Assembly (NCBI GenBank): GCA_035559235.1
Contig: DATMBM010000004.1
Location: 4,684-68,683 of the forward strand
DNA from: Minisyncoccota bacterium
GTDB lineage: Bacteria > Patescibacteriota > Minisyncoccia > Phycocordibacterales > UBA2100
DNA length: 64,000 nt
Direction of reading: 5' to 3'
Shown: positions 16,091-24,853 of the stretch, in pieces
Position numbering within the stretch: position 1 is the stretch's first letter
Layout of the letters: the number at the start of each line of letters is the position of its first letter
Translations under genes and position numbers: made by a program
The notes under the pieces: model-generated
What the model was told of the DNA's origin: nothing
Database searches by the model: none
Seen by the model: only the letters and a program-made list of their open reading frames with translations

Positions 16091-17347
16091 TTAGCCCATT
16101 GATGAGAAGAGATGTTCAGCAATCCGGTCTGCGGCGCACGTCATTTCGTGGCCGGTTGCGAGGTTTTTGATCGTATATTGTCCCGTGTTTCGCTCTTTTT
16201 CACCGACGGCGATGATGAAGGGGATTTTCATTTTGTCTGCCTGGCGTATTTGATCGCCCAATTTCTTACCGGAAAAATTGACGGCCACCGCGATGTCTTC
16301 GCGACGCAAGTCGTGTGCAAGCTTCATGGCGTGCGACGTAGCGTCTTCTTCGACGATGCAGAGCATGAGTTCGGTCGTTGGCGTGTAGGAGGGGAGAAGA
16401 TTGTGCGTCTCGAGGAAATCGCGCAGGACGGCATCTCCCATCGCGAATCCGACCGTCGGGATCGGCTCGCCGCCGAAGATCGTGAGCAAATTGTCGTACC
16501 GGCCGCCGCCGGCGAGCGAACGCTTGTTTTCCCCCGACGTATCGAACAGTTCAAAGATCATGCCGGTGTAATAATCGAACCCGCGCGTGATTTTCGTATC
16601 GACGACCATGTTACCAATGCCCATCGAATGCAATAGTCCGCGCAACTTCTCAAGATACGCGGTTGAGGTCGTCGCATCGAGCTGCAGCAATAGGTCTTTC
16701 GCCTTGTCGCCAAGGATTCCTTCCAATTGCGATTCGAAATCCTCCATTTTCTCCCGGCGATCGAGCAGGCGGGTCGTCTTTGCGCGGAGATCGTCAGGGA
16801 TACCGCACGCGTCGTACGCCGCATCGAGAAGGCGCCGGTCGGAGACGCGGATTTCGAAATTGCGCTCGTCTGCGCCGAGGGAACGCATCGTGGCGTGAGC
16901 GAGCGCGATGATCTCGGCGTCCGCTTCGATTGCGGAGGAGCCTACAATATCGGCGTTGAGTTGCCAGAATTCGCGCATGCGCCCCTTTTGCATGCGCTCA
17001 TAGCGGAAAAAGTTGCCGATGGAATACCAGCGCGCGGGCATTGGGATTTCGCGGCTGCGCGCCGCGATCATGCGAGCGAACGTCGGGGTCATTTCGGGCC
17101 GCAGCGTCACTTCGCGCTCGCCGCGGTCGATAAAGGTGTAGCTTTGCTCGTTGATGATCTCGTCCGATGTCTTCGAGCGGTACAGTTCTGTCGGCTCAAG
17201 GATCGAGGCGTTGTATTCTTCGTAGCCGAACAATTCGCACGTGCGCGACATGTGTTCGAACATGTAGCGCTGGAAGAATTGGTCTTCCGGGTAGAAATCC
17301 CGCACGCCTTTGTACGGTTCGGTAGAAAGCTTGTGTTCCTTGGCCAT
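16091..17347 (-). CDS. hisS: Histidine--tRNA ligase
   Basis: LRPEMT, RYERMQKGRMREFWQ, RGFDYYTG, GGGRYD and anticodon-binding domain. Confidence 0.96.
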   Translation of the reverse strand: MAKEHKLSTEPYKGVRDFYPEDQFFQRYMFEHMSRTCELFGYEEYNASILEPTELYRSKTSDEIINEQSYTFIDRGEREVTLRPEMTPTFARMIAARSREIPMPARWYSIGNFFRYERMQKGRMREFWQLNADIVGSSAIEADAEIIALAHATMRSLGADERNFEIRVSDRRLLDAAYDACGIPDDLRAKTTRLLDRREKMEDFESQLEGILGDKAKDLLLQLDATTSTAYLEKLRGLLHSMGIGNMVVDTKITRGFDYYTGMIFELFDTSGENKRSLAGGGRYDNLLTIFGGEPIPTVGFAMGDAVLRDFLETHNLLPSYTPTTELMLCIVEEDATSHAMKLAHDLRREDIAVAVNFSGKKLGDQIRQADKMKIPFIIAVGEKERNTGQYTIKNLATGHEMTCAADRIAEHLFSSMG

Positions 17348-17357
17348 ACCAAGCACT

Positions 17358-18554
17358 CTAGTACGTCACCGGCAATTCGACAATAAAGGTTGAGCCCTTG
17401 CCGGGACCTTCTGATTCCGCCCAAATGCGACCGCCCTGCGCCTCCACGACCTGCTTTGCGATCGCGAGGCCGTAGCCGGTCGATTCAGGATTGATGCTTG
17501 ACGATTCTGCGCCCTTGCCGCCGGGCGTAAACAATCGCTCCATGTCTTCAGGAGAAAGGCCGACGCCGGTGTCGGCGACCGTCAGTCGCACGACGCTGGC
17601 GTTTTTCTCGACCGCGACCGCGATCGATCCTCCTGGCGTGTAATTGAGCGCGTTGTCGAGAAGATTCTTGATGACGAGACGGCTCATTTTTTCCGCGTCT
17701 CCGCGCACGACGCACGGGGAGGAAGCGTCGACGTTGAACGAGAGAGCTTTTTTCCGCGCGGCGACTTCATATCCGCGCGCCATGTCCCTCACGGTCGCGG
17801 CGAGATCGAACGGCTGCATTTCGATCGTCGTCTCACCCTGCAACAAATCCATCATTGCCTTCACGCCCTTGCGGGTCTCGGAAAGCGCCTGGCTCGCGAC
17901 CGACTTTACCATGCCGGGGTGGCGGTCGAAGCTGCCCTCGGCGATTTCGGCCAGTGCGGCGGCGTCTTTCGCCAAATAATTTTTCACTTCGTGGCTTACC
18001 ATGTGCAGCAGCTGCTTTTTCGATTCATTGTCGTCGAGCAGTTGCCTGAAGTGGTTTGCCTGCTCGAGGATGCGCGTGCGAATTTGCTCGGGGTGCGGAA
18101 TGCCTTCCATGCGTACATCGTTCTCGGGACTTGCCGTCTCGATAGTGACGGTGCCGAAATGCAAGAACGTTTCGAAAATATTCTCGGTCCGGACGGAAAT
18201 CTCCTGGATTTTTTCGAGGTCGAGCGTCGTGACTTTCCGGTTGAAGAGGTTGATCTGGTCGACGCTTATGATGCGCTGGTCCGTCACGGCCCACAGGTCG
18301 AGATAATAATTTGTCCACAAGACGGCAAGCGTGAGCCAAATGGCGAGAAGCCAAAGCGCGGAGAGAAGCGCGCCGAAGGGAATAAGAGCCGAGAGATCAA
18401 AGGGAATGGGGACGGTGAGCCCGATGATGCCGAAGAGAATAAATGGGAGAATGCCAAGGATCACCGTCGCGACAATATCGCGCACGAGGATAATCCAGTG
18501 CTTGCGAAGCTTCAGGAGCACTTTTTCGTTTTCGTGGATGTCGATCGGTACCAT
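17358..18554 (-). CDS. Sensor histidine kinase with 2 TM helices and a bacterial PH-like domain
   Basis: LRKHW-TM-TM-VTDQRII...FGTVTIETA; H-box SHEVKN; NLLDNALNYT, DTGVG, GYGL. Confidence 0.85.
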   Translation of the reverse strand: MVPIDIHENEKVLLKLRKHWIILVRDIVATVILGILPFILFGIIGLTVPIPFDLSALIPFGALLSALWLLAIWLTLAVLWTNYYLDLWAVTDQRIISVDQINLFNRKVTTLDLEKIQEISVRTENIFETFLHFGTVTIETASPENDVRMEGIPHPEQIRTRILEQANHFRQLLDDNESKKQLLHMVSHEVKNYLAKDAAALAEIAEGSFDRHPGMVKSVASQALSETRKGVKAMMDLLQGETTIEMQPFDLAATVRDMARGYEVAARKKALSFNVDASSPCVVRGDAEKMSRLVIKNLLDNALNYTPGGSIAVAVEKNASVVRLTVADTGVGLSPEDMERLFTPGGKGAESSSINPESTGYGLAIAKQVVEAQGGRIWAESEGPGKGSTFIVELPVTY

Positions 18555-18555
18555 T

Positions 18556-18783
18556 TTAGTAGGCGATATGGATCGCAATCGTCGCCGCGAGGACGCCCGA
18601 GAGGAGGAAGCCGCTGACGATCGAATAGGTAATCAGTGCCGTCACCGCAGCTGGAGGATTCATGGCGTATCGGAACCAATGGTACGCAAGGATTGCGCCG
18701 AGAAGGACCGTCAGCGCGATGGCACCCAAAAAAATGGCCCACGCGACCGGCACGAGGAGCGCTCCAAGAGACGGGCCTTCCAT
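18556..18783 (-). CDS. Small 2-TM membrane protein
   Basis: Hydrophobic 75-aa ORF with YHW motif; TATACT before ATG. Confidence 0.7.
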   Translation of the reverse strand: MEGPSLGALLVPVAWAIFLGAIALTVLLGAILAYHWFRYAMNPPAAVTALITYSIVSGFLLSGVLAATIAIHIAY

Positions 18784-18867
18784 GAAGAGAGTATACCGCG
18801 GGATAGCCGCAGGAATACGACACGGATTTGTGGTTGTGGGAATAGTGTGATACTTACTATCATTGCT

Positions 18868-19317
18868 ATGCGCACCGACGACTTGCAAATCTATCCCCGC
18901 TTTGAAGTACGGGAGGGACGCCCCGGCACCGGTCTTGGGCTGTTTGCCAAAATTCCTTTCCAGAAGGGCGACTTTTTACTTGAATACACGGGGAAGAAAA
19001 TCCCGACGGTCGTTGCGGATGAAAGCGACAGCGAGTACCTGTTTGAAATAAACGCAGACTGGACGATCGACGGACCGCCGGAAATCAATCTTGCCGGCTA
19101 CATCAACCATGATTGTCATCCGAACACTGAATCAGACATCGTGGACGGAAGAATCATCATCGAGGCGATACGCGACATCGCTGCGGGGGAGGAGCTGACG
19201 ATCGACTACGGCAATGAATATTTTGACGAATTCATCAGGCCGAAGGGATGCAAGTGTGCGTCGTGTGAACGCGGGCTGCCATCGCCGCATTATGCAAATC
19301 GCGCTCAAGCGGACTAG
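18868..19317 (+). CDS. SET domain protein with post-SET cysteines
   Basis: GLGLFA, YINHDCHPN, EELTIDYG, CKCASC. Confidence 0.92.
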   Translation: MRTDDLQIYPRFEVREGRPGTGLGLFAKIPFQKGDFLLEYTGKKIPTVVADESDSEYLFEINADWTIDGPPEINLAGYINHDCHPNTESDIVDGRIIIEAIRDIAAGEELTIDYGNEYFDEFIRPKGCKCASCERGLPSPHYANRAQAD

Positions 19318-19835
19318 CGGATAAGCGTGTCAACAAACGATCCTAGCGCGTACGCGATTGCCGCTGCGACCCCGCCAACAAGGAGCATTTCAAGTCCCGC
19401 GACAAACGCGTTCTTTTTTATCACGAGGGAGCGTGCTGAACCCACGACGAAGAACGCTGCTGCCGTAGCAATGGATGAGACGACGAAAGCATTCTCTGCT
19501 GCCGCGGGGACGAAAAAGGGGATGAGCGGCAGCGCGCCGGCGATGACAAACGAAACAAAGGTGACGACGCCGTCGGCAAATGGATTGCGATCGTGAGCTT
19601 CCGAGCCTTGTGCCGCGACGGCCTGTTCCGAGCGCATGGAAAGATATGCTGACGCGCCCATGGAAAAGCCGTCGGCGACGAGATTTGCGATCCCAAGAAT
19701 GATAATGATGGTCGCGCTTACACCAGCGCCTGCAGCCGCGGCAACAACGGCAAACGTCGTGATGATCCCGTCGTTGGCGCCATAGACGATGTCGCCGATG
19801 TAGTACGCGAGACGCGAGCGAGCGGTTCGTGGCAT
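19314..19835 (-). CDS. VIT1/CCC1 family Fe/Mn transporter
   Basis: VYGANDGIITTFAVV, ADGFSMGAS. Confidence 0.9.
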   Translation of the reverse strand: MPRTARSRLAYYIGDIVYGANDGIITTFAVVAAAAGAGVSATIIIILGIANLVADGFSMGASAYLSMRSEQAVAAQGSEAHDRNPFADGVVTFVSFVIAGALPLIPFFVPAAAENAFVVSSIATAAAFFVVGSARSLVIKKNAFVAGLEMLLVGGVAAAIAYALGSFVDTLIR

Positions 19836-19872
19836 GGTGGCAGTCTAGCATATGCGTGCTATACTTTCGCGC

Positions 19873-20253
19873 ATGAAAGGACGCGGCGTCACCATTTTTT
19901 GGATCGTTATCGGTGTATTAATCGTCGGAGGGTTTGCGGTCTCAGCGTACATGCGCACGTTGCCCGGCGAGTACGACGGGCTTGCGCAATGTTTGAAAGA
20001 CAAGGGCGCCGTGTTTTATGGCGCGTTTTGGTGCCCGCACTGCCAAACGCAAAAGCAAATGTTCGGCCGCTCGGCCGACCTTCTGCCGTACGTGGAGTGT
20101 TCAAATCCTGACGGACAGTCGCAAACGCAAGTGTGCATCGACAAAGGCGTCCAGCAGTATCCGACATGGGAATTTGCGGACGGCTCGCGTCTGACGGGCG
20201 AGCAAGAGCCTGCGGCGCTTGCCGAAAAAGCAGGATGCGCGCTTCCTGAATAG
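19873..20253 (+). CDS. Membrane-anchored thioredoxin/glutaredoxin-like protein
   Basis: YGAFWCPHC, YPTW. Confidence 0.85.
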   Translation: MKGRGVTIFWIVIGVLIVGGFAVSAYMRTLPGEYDGLAQCLKDKGAVFYGAFWCPHCQTQKQMFGRSADLLPYVECSNPDGQSQTQVCIDKGVQQYPTWEFADGSRLTGEQEPAALAEKAGCALPE

Positions 20254-20259
20254 GAGACT

Positions 20260-20793
20260 ATGGGTCTCTTTGTTACGAACCTCTATCTTGGCTACGCCGC
20301 CCTCGGACTCCAAATTGCGACTATCGCGCTGCTTGCTGTATTCGTTGTAAGGGCGCGTTTTGAGACGTTTACAAAGCTTGCCACGATTGTCGGCAGATGG
20401 GGCCTGTGGCTTGGGTTTGCCGCAGCGTTGTTTGCAGCGCTCGCCAATCAGTATTACAACCAAGTCCTCGAGATTCCTCCGTGCGATCTGTGTTGGTGGG
20501 GGCGTATTTTCTTGTACCCGCAGATCATTCTCCTCGGTATGGCCGCATGGAAACGTGACAGCTATATGGCTGAATATTCCATCGTTCTCTCAGTGATCGG
20601 CGCCGGGATTTCCCTGTACCATCATTTTCTGCAGATGTTCCCGGATTCGCTCCCGTGCCCGGCGACGGGTGTTTCTTGTGCGCAGCGTTTCCTGTTCGAG
20701 TTTGGCTACATCACATATCCGTTGATGGCGTTCTCGCTCTTTGCGTTCTTGATCATCGTGATGCTTTTTGTTCGCGCTCGACGTGGGATGTAA
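20260..20793 (+). CDS. dsbB: Disulfide bond formation protein B family
   Basis: 4 TM helices, PCDLCWWGRIFLYP, second Cys pair. Confidence 0.85.
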   Translation: MGLFVTNLYLGYAALGLQIATIALLAVFVVRARFETFTKLATIVGRWGLWLGFAAALFAALANQYYNQVLEIPPCDLCWWGRIFLYPQIILLGMAAWKRDSYMAEYSIVLSVIGAGISLYHHFLQMFPDSLPCPATGVSCAQRFLFEFGYITYPLMAFSLFAFLIIVMLFVRARRGM

Positions 20794-21310
20794 AAGCGGT
20801 GAGGAATTTTCGGAGTACCTGTGTTGTTTTTTCGTCCGACAGATTGAGATCGTCGTCAAATTTCTTCGATGATTCGCTGCAATAGAATTCCGGCTGGCCC
20901 ATCGTGCGTGCATTGAAGTAGCTCATCACGCGCCGGACGTCGAATTGCGCGAGATTTGCCCCGCGAAGTCCCGATGACGCGCCGATAATCCCCACGGGCT
21001 TCAGTTCCCACGGCAACGGTTCGTCTTCCGGCCGCGACGACCAGTCGAGAAAATTTTTCATGGGCGCAGCTGGGGTGCGGTTAAATTCCGGTACGGCGAG
21101 AAGCACACCGTCAGCCGCGCGTATGTTCTCGCGGAGCGTCTTCGCCGTCTCAGGATACGCCGCGTCCTCAAGATCCTGGTTGTAGATTGGAAGCATCGAA
21201 ATGTCGAGTATTTCAATACCCATCTCCGGTGCGAGTTTTTGTGCCGCGCGCAGGAGCGCGGTATTGTACGAACGTTTGCGCAGGCTTCCGGAGACCGCCA
21301 CCACGTGCAT
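20753..21310 (-). CDS. NAD(P)H-dependent FMN reductase
   Basis: SGSLRKRSYN, PEFN, KNFLDW. Confidence 0.9.
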   Translation of the reverse strand: MHVVAVSGSLRKRSYNTALLRAAQKLAPEMGIEILDISMLPIYNQDLEDAAYPETAKTLRENIRAADGVLLAVPEFNRTPAAPMKNFLDWSSRPEDEPLPWELKPVGIIGASSGLRGANLAQFDVRRVMSYFNARTMGQPEFYCSESSKKFDDDLNLSDEKTTQVLRKFLTAFTSHVEREQKASR

Positions 21311-21326
21311 GGGGCGAGTATAGCAT

Positions 21327-22973
21327 TTAGTGCTTTTTGATCATGTATTTCTCGATATCCGCGAACGTTCCGCCCACCTTCTTGCCCGGATTGAAGATAT
21401 TTTGCGGATCGAAGATGCGTTTAACCTCGGCAAACAGCTGCACCATCTTCATCCCGAACATTTGCTCAAGGTAAGGTGTCCGGATAATGCCGTCGTTATG
21501 CTCTCCGGTTGACGAGCCGCCATACGCGAACACAAGGTCATACACTTTTGGCGTCAGTTCAAGGATCATGTTTCTCGCGCGCTCGTCGTTCAAATTGACA
21601 AGGGGGATGATATGGAAATTTCCGTTTCCGACGTGGCCCGCAATCGTATAGATGAGATCGTACTTCCCGAGCAGTTCGTAGAGAGCGGGGAGGAATTCGG
21701 CGTAGGTTGACGGAGGCACGACGAAATCGTCGATAAACGGCGATGCGTATAAGCCCTTCAGGTTTTTCCGGAGCAGGGCGAAGCTTTCATGGCGGATCGT
21801 CCAGTATTTCTTCTCCATCTCCCCGAACGCGAGCCTTGTTTTGACGGGAAGATCGCCCAGATCGTGGCGAATTTCTCGCACTTTATCTCTGGCCGCCTCG
21901 GGTGAATCTTCGGCGAATTCAGCCATGAGGACCAATTTGGGGACACCGCCCGTCACGACCATCCACAGCTCCGGAATGAATGCGAGCCCGAGACGGATCG
22001 TCTCGAGGAATCCAAAATGCCCGATGATTTGCGGCATGAATTTGACCGCAAGGCGGAATGTCTGGTCGTCATAACTTTCGAACGACTCCGGATCATGCTT
22101 CATGATCCGATTGACGATTTCTGGTAGGAGAGCGATATCCGTCAGGAACGCAACCACCATGGCCCGATGTTCTTTGAGCCGTACGGTTTTCATGCGCGCT
22201 TTGGTAACGAGGCACAACGTCCCCTGTGAGCCGACGACTAGTTTTGTAAGATCAAAGGTTCCTTTTTTCTCATCTATCACGTCCCACAGCGCGTATCCCG
22301 CGGAATTTTTCGAAACCTTCGGCCGAGCGGCCTCAATCACGTCCTCGTGTTCGAGAATGAGGTCGTGGACAGCGCGGTAGATGGAGCCCTCGAGCGTCTG
22401 CTCACTTTCCTTTTGTGCTAATTCGGACTGCGAAAGCGGACGAAATACTGCTGCGGAACCATCAGAAAGGACCACGTCCAGTTCCTCAACATAACGGTCG
22501 GTCTTCCCGTAGTGGAGCGTCAATTCGCCTCCGGAATTGTTCGCAATCATGCCGCCGAGCGCGCAGATGTCACGGGACGCAGGGAAGGAAGGTATCAGCG
22601 CATGTGCCTTTTCAAGAGTCTGAGCCTCCAAGTCGCGGTAAAAAACACCCGGCTCAGCTACGACATAATCGGAACCGACGTCGTAGACGCGATTCATGTG
22701 CTTCGTGAACGAGAGGACAATCGAGTCCGTAAGCGGTCCACCGCTCATGTCCGTTCCGGCAGAACGCGCCGCAATCGCAACATGCTCTCCACGCATTCGT
22801 GCCGCATGCACGTACTGCACAACCGCGGCAACATCCGATGCGTCTTTAGGGAAAACAACTATCGAAGGTTGACGTTCGAATATGCTCGTGTCGCGGCTGA
22901 AGGTGCGAAGCGTCGCTACATCATCCGCGATTTCACCCTTAATAAGGGATGCTAGATCGGCCTGAAGCGACAT
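21327..22973 (-). CDS. FAD-binding oxidoreductase (GlcD/D-2-hydroxyacid dehydrogenase-like)
   Basis: GGMIANNSGG, GHVGNGNFH, GEHNDG, FDPQNIFNPGK. Confidence 0.88.
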   Translation of the reverse strand: MSLQADLASLIKGEIADDVATLRTFSRDTSIFERQPSIVVFPKDASDVAAVVQYVHAARMRGEHVAIAARSAGTDMSGGPLTDSIVLSFTKHMNRVYDVGSDYVVAEPGVFYRDLEAQTLEKAHALIPSFPASRDICALGGMIANNSGGELTLHYGKTDRYVEELDVVLSDGSAAVFRPLSQSELAQKESEQTLEGSIYRAVHDLILEHEDVIEAARPKVSKNSAGYALWDVIDEKKGTFDLTKLVVGSQGTLCLVTKARMKTVRLKEHRAMVVAFLTDIALLPEIVNRIMKHDPESFESYDDQTFRLAVKFMPQIIGHFGFLETIRLGLAFIPELWMVVTGGVPKLVLMAEFAEDSPEAARDKVREIRHDLGDLPVKTRLAFGEMEKKYWTIRHESFALLRKNLKGLYASPFIDDFVVPPSTYAEFLPALYELLGKYDLIYTIAGHVGNGNFHIIPLVNLNDERARNMILELTPKVYDLVFAYGGSSTGEHNDGIIRTPYLEQMFGMKMVQLFAEVKRIFDPQNIFNPGKKVGGTFADIEKYMIKKH

Positions 22974-23299
22974 CGAATCAGTATAGCGTGCTGCGGGTAC
23001 ACCTTGCGTAACAGAGGCGTTTATTGTGCAACCCGCTTTTTTGGTGGCGCATAAGACGCCATAACACTAAAGGACGCCATGTCTTATAATAGCATCTGTC
23101 CGTCACAATGTGACATTTTTAACGTACAAATTCATAAAGGACACTTTAGGATTTACTTCAATAAGGTCATTTTAAGGACGTCCGTTATATCACGGCATGG
23201 TTTGGCAGCACTGGCTATATTGACGCATTTGTGTGTCCTTATATCGTGTTCGCAGTCTTGATTGTTCACCCGACATTACACACTTTTAAACAGACATGT

Positions 23300-24283
23300 A
23301 TGAAGCTCAACAGATTAGAAATTGCTGGAATTTTTTCTGCCGTTGTACTGGTGATCCTCGCGGGCGTATTTTTCGCGGGGCAAGTCGTGCACGCGGATGA
23401 AAATTTAACCCCGGTTGACCCATGTGAGGACATTTTTCCCAGTGTTCCGGGAATGCCCGGCTGTGACGAATCAGGCGGTGGAAACGATGATGAGAGCCAG
23501 GGCGGGAACGAAACACCAGTAGATCCATGTGAAGACATTTTCCCGAATATCCCGAACATGCCTGAGTGCGAAGGAGGCGATGATGGAGGAAGTGGTGGAG
23601 GAGAGACTGACCTCTGCCCGAATGACGAAGGTGTTCAAACATCTACACCGTGCCCGTCTGACGAGGACGATGAAGGCTCTGAGGGCGGCTCGTCAGGTGG
23701 CGGAGGCAGCGGCAGCAGTGGCGGAGGGGGTGGTAGTGGCAGCGGGGGGTCTGGCGGCGGATCTGTCCTCGGCGCATCCACAGGCGGCGGCCTGAGCTGC
23801 GAATATCTGACCGGCTTTATCAAGCCTGGCAGCAAGAACGATTTCTTCCAAGTTGCCCGACTCCAGGCTTTCCTCAAGGTCTTCGAAGGGGCAAGTGTTC
23901 AGGTGAATGGCACGTACGATGCGGCGTCTATCGCAGCGGTACACGCCTTCCAGACCAAGTATGCGTCTGAAATCCTTACGCCCTGGGGCGTCTCACGATC
24001 AACCGGGTATGTCTATCTCACGACCCGAAAAAAAGTGAACGAGATCTATTGCGACCGCAATTTCTCCTTCCCGCTTACCGAAGAAGAGCAACAGATCATC
24101 GAGCACAAGAAGTCGGCTCCGACGTCTGTTGTGCGCCCGGCGCAGCCTCGAGTGCAGCCTCAGGCACCTGCGGCACCACAACAGCCAGAGACGGAAGAGC
24201 GCGAAGAGGAGACGCCGGTCGTGAATACACCGACCAGCTCATTTACCGACTTTTTCCGACGGTTGTTTGAGCGATTCCGATAG
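23300..24283 (+). CDS. Secreted protein with Cys/Asp repeats, Gly-Ser linker and peptidoglycan-binding-like domain
   Basis: Signal peptide (VVHA); two TPVDPCEDIFP repeats; VARLQAFL...FQTKYASEILTPWG...TGYVY. Confidence 0.75.
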   Translation: MKLNRLEIAGIFSAVVLVILAGVFFAGQVVHADENLTPVDPCEDIFPSVPGMPGCDESGGGNDDESQGGNETPVDPCEDIFPNIPNMPECEGGDDGGSGGGETDLCPNDEGVQTSTPCPSDEDDEGSEGGSSGGGGSGSSGGGGGSGSGGSGGGSVLGASTGGGLSCEYLTGFIKPGSKNDFFQVARLQAFLKVFEGASVQVNGTYDAASIAAVHAFQTKYASEILTPWGVSRSTGYVYLTTRKKVNEIYCDRNFSFPLTEEEQQIIEHKKSAPTSVVRPAQPRVQPQAPAAPQQPETEEREEETPVVNTPTSSFTDFFRRLFERFR

Positions 24284-24300
24284 AAGCACGTGATCTTTAG

Positions 24301-24379
24301 AAAAGGAGCCGGAGCGGGTCCGAGGCAGACAGCTTTACGCTGGTTTCCCTACTGTCTTGGGCCCACTCCGGCTCCTTTT
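24301..24379. terminator. Long hairpin, possible bidirectional terminator
   Basis: aaaaggagccggag/ctccggctcctttt outer stem plus gggtccgaggcag/ctgtcttgggccc inner stem. Confidence 0.65.
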
Positions 24380-24480
24380 CTTTTGGGGCAGCCATTGCTC
24401 GCTGTGATATGCCTTGTTTGTGCGACACATTGACTCACTCCGTACTTTGTATCGAATTGTTATCCACAGTAGCAAATACG

Positions 24481-24508
24481 TTGACTTCCTACTGAGACAC
24501 GAGATAAT
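24481..24508 (+). promoter_or_regulatory. Sigma70 promoter preceded by a DnaA-box consensus
   Basis: TTGACT-N16-GATAAT; TTATCCACA at 24460-24468. Confidence 0.6.
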
Positions 24509-24514
24509 TCGCGC

Positions 24515-24853
24515 AATCAGTACGCAGAGGGGGCGTACCGAGAAATAAAGGGAACCAGCGAAAAGGGAAACCAGCGATGTAAGTCGCATGGTTTATTTTA
24601 TTTCTCACTCCGGTTTTGTTGCGCCGAACGCGTCACACGCGTGCGGCGTTTTTGCGTTTGTTCGGATGAGAGGGATCGCGTGAAGTGTACGGTGCGATCC
24701 CCCTCCCCGGGGGGACCGCGCCGTGGACTGCACGGGGGTTTAGCGGCCCAGACGAGTCCACCAGGTCGAACCTCAGCATTGCGCCATCCGTACGGGGGCG
24801 GAATGAGGAGATTAGTAGGGAACTTTATAAGAAATTCTAAATTCACACAGACT
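24515..24853 (+). ncRNA. Candidate structured 5' leader RNA
   Basis: At least six consecutive hairpins between the promoter and ATG 24854. Confidence 0.45.

Noticed and set aside
18331-18867. 179-aa N-terminal extension of the SET protein
   Set aside because: Antisense to two plausible genes; SET homology begins near 18868
24460-24468. DnaA box as a replication origin
   Set aside because: Single box, no cluster or unwinding element, and no dnaA or dnaN nearby
24641-24853. Upstream in-frame extension of the Gly-rich protein
   Set aside because: The signal peptide starts at ATG 24854; the upstream part is better explained as structured RNA
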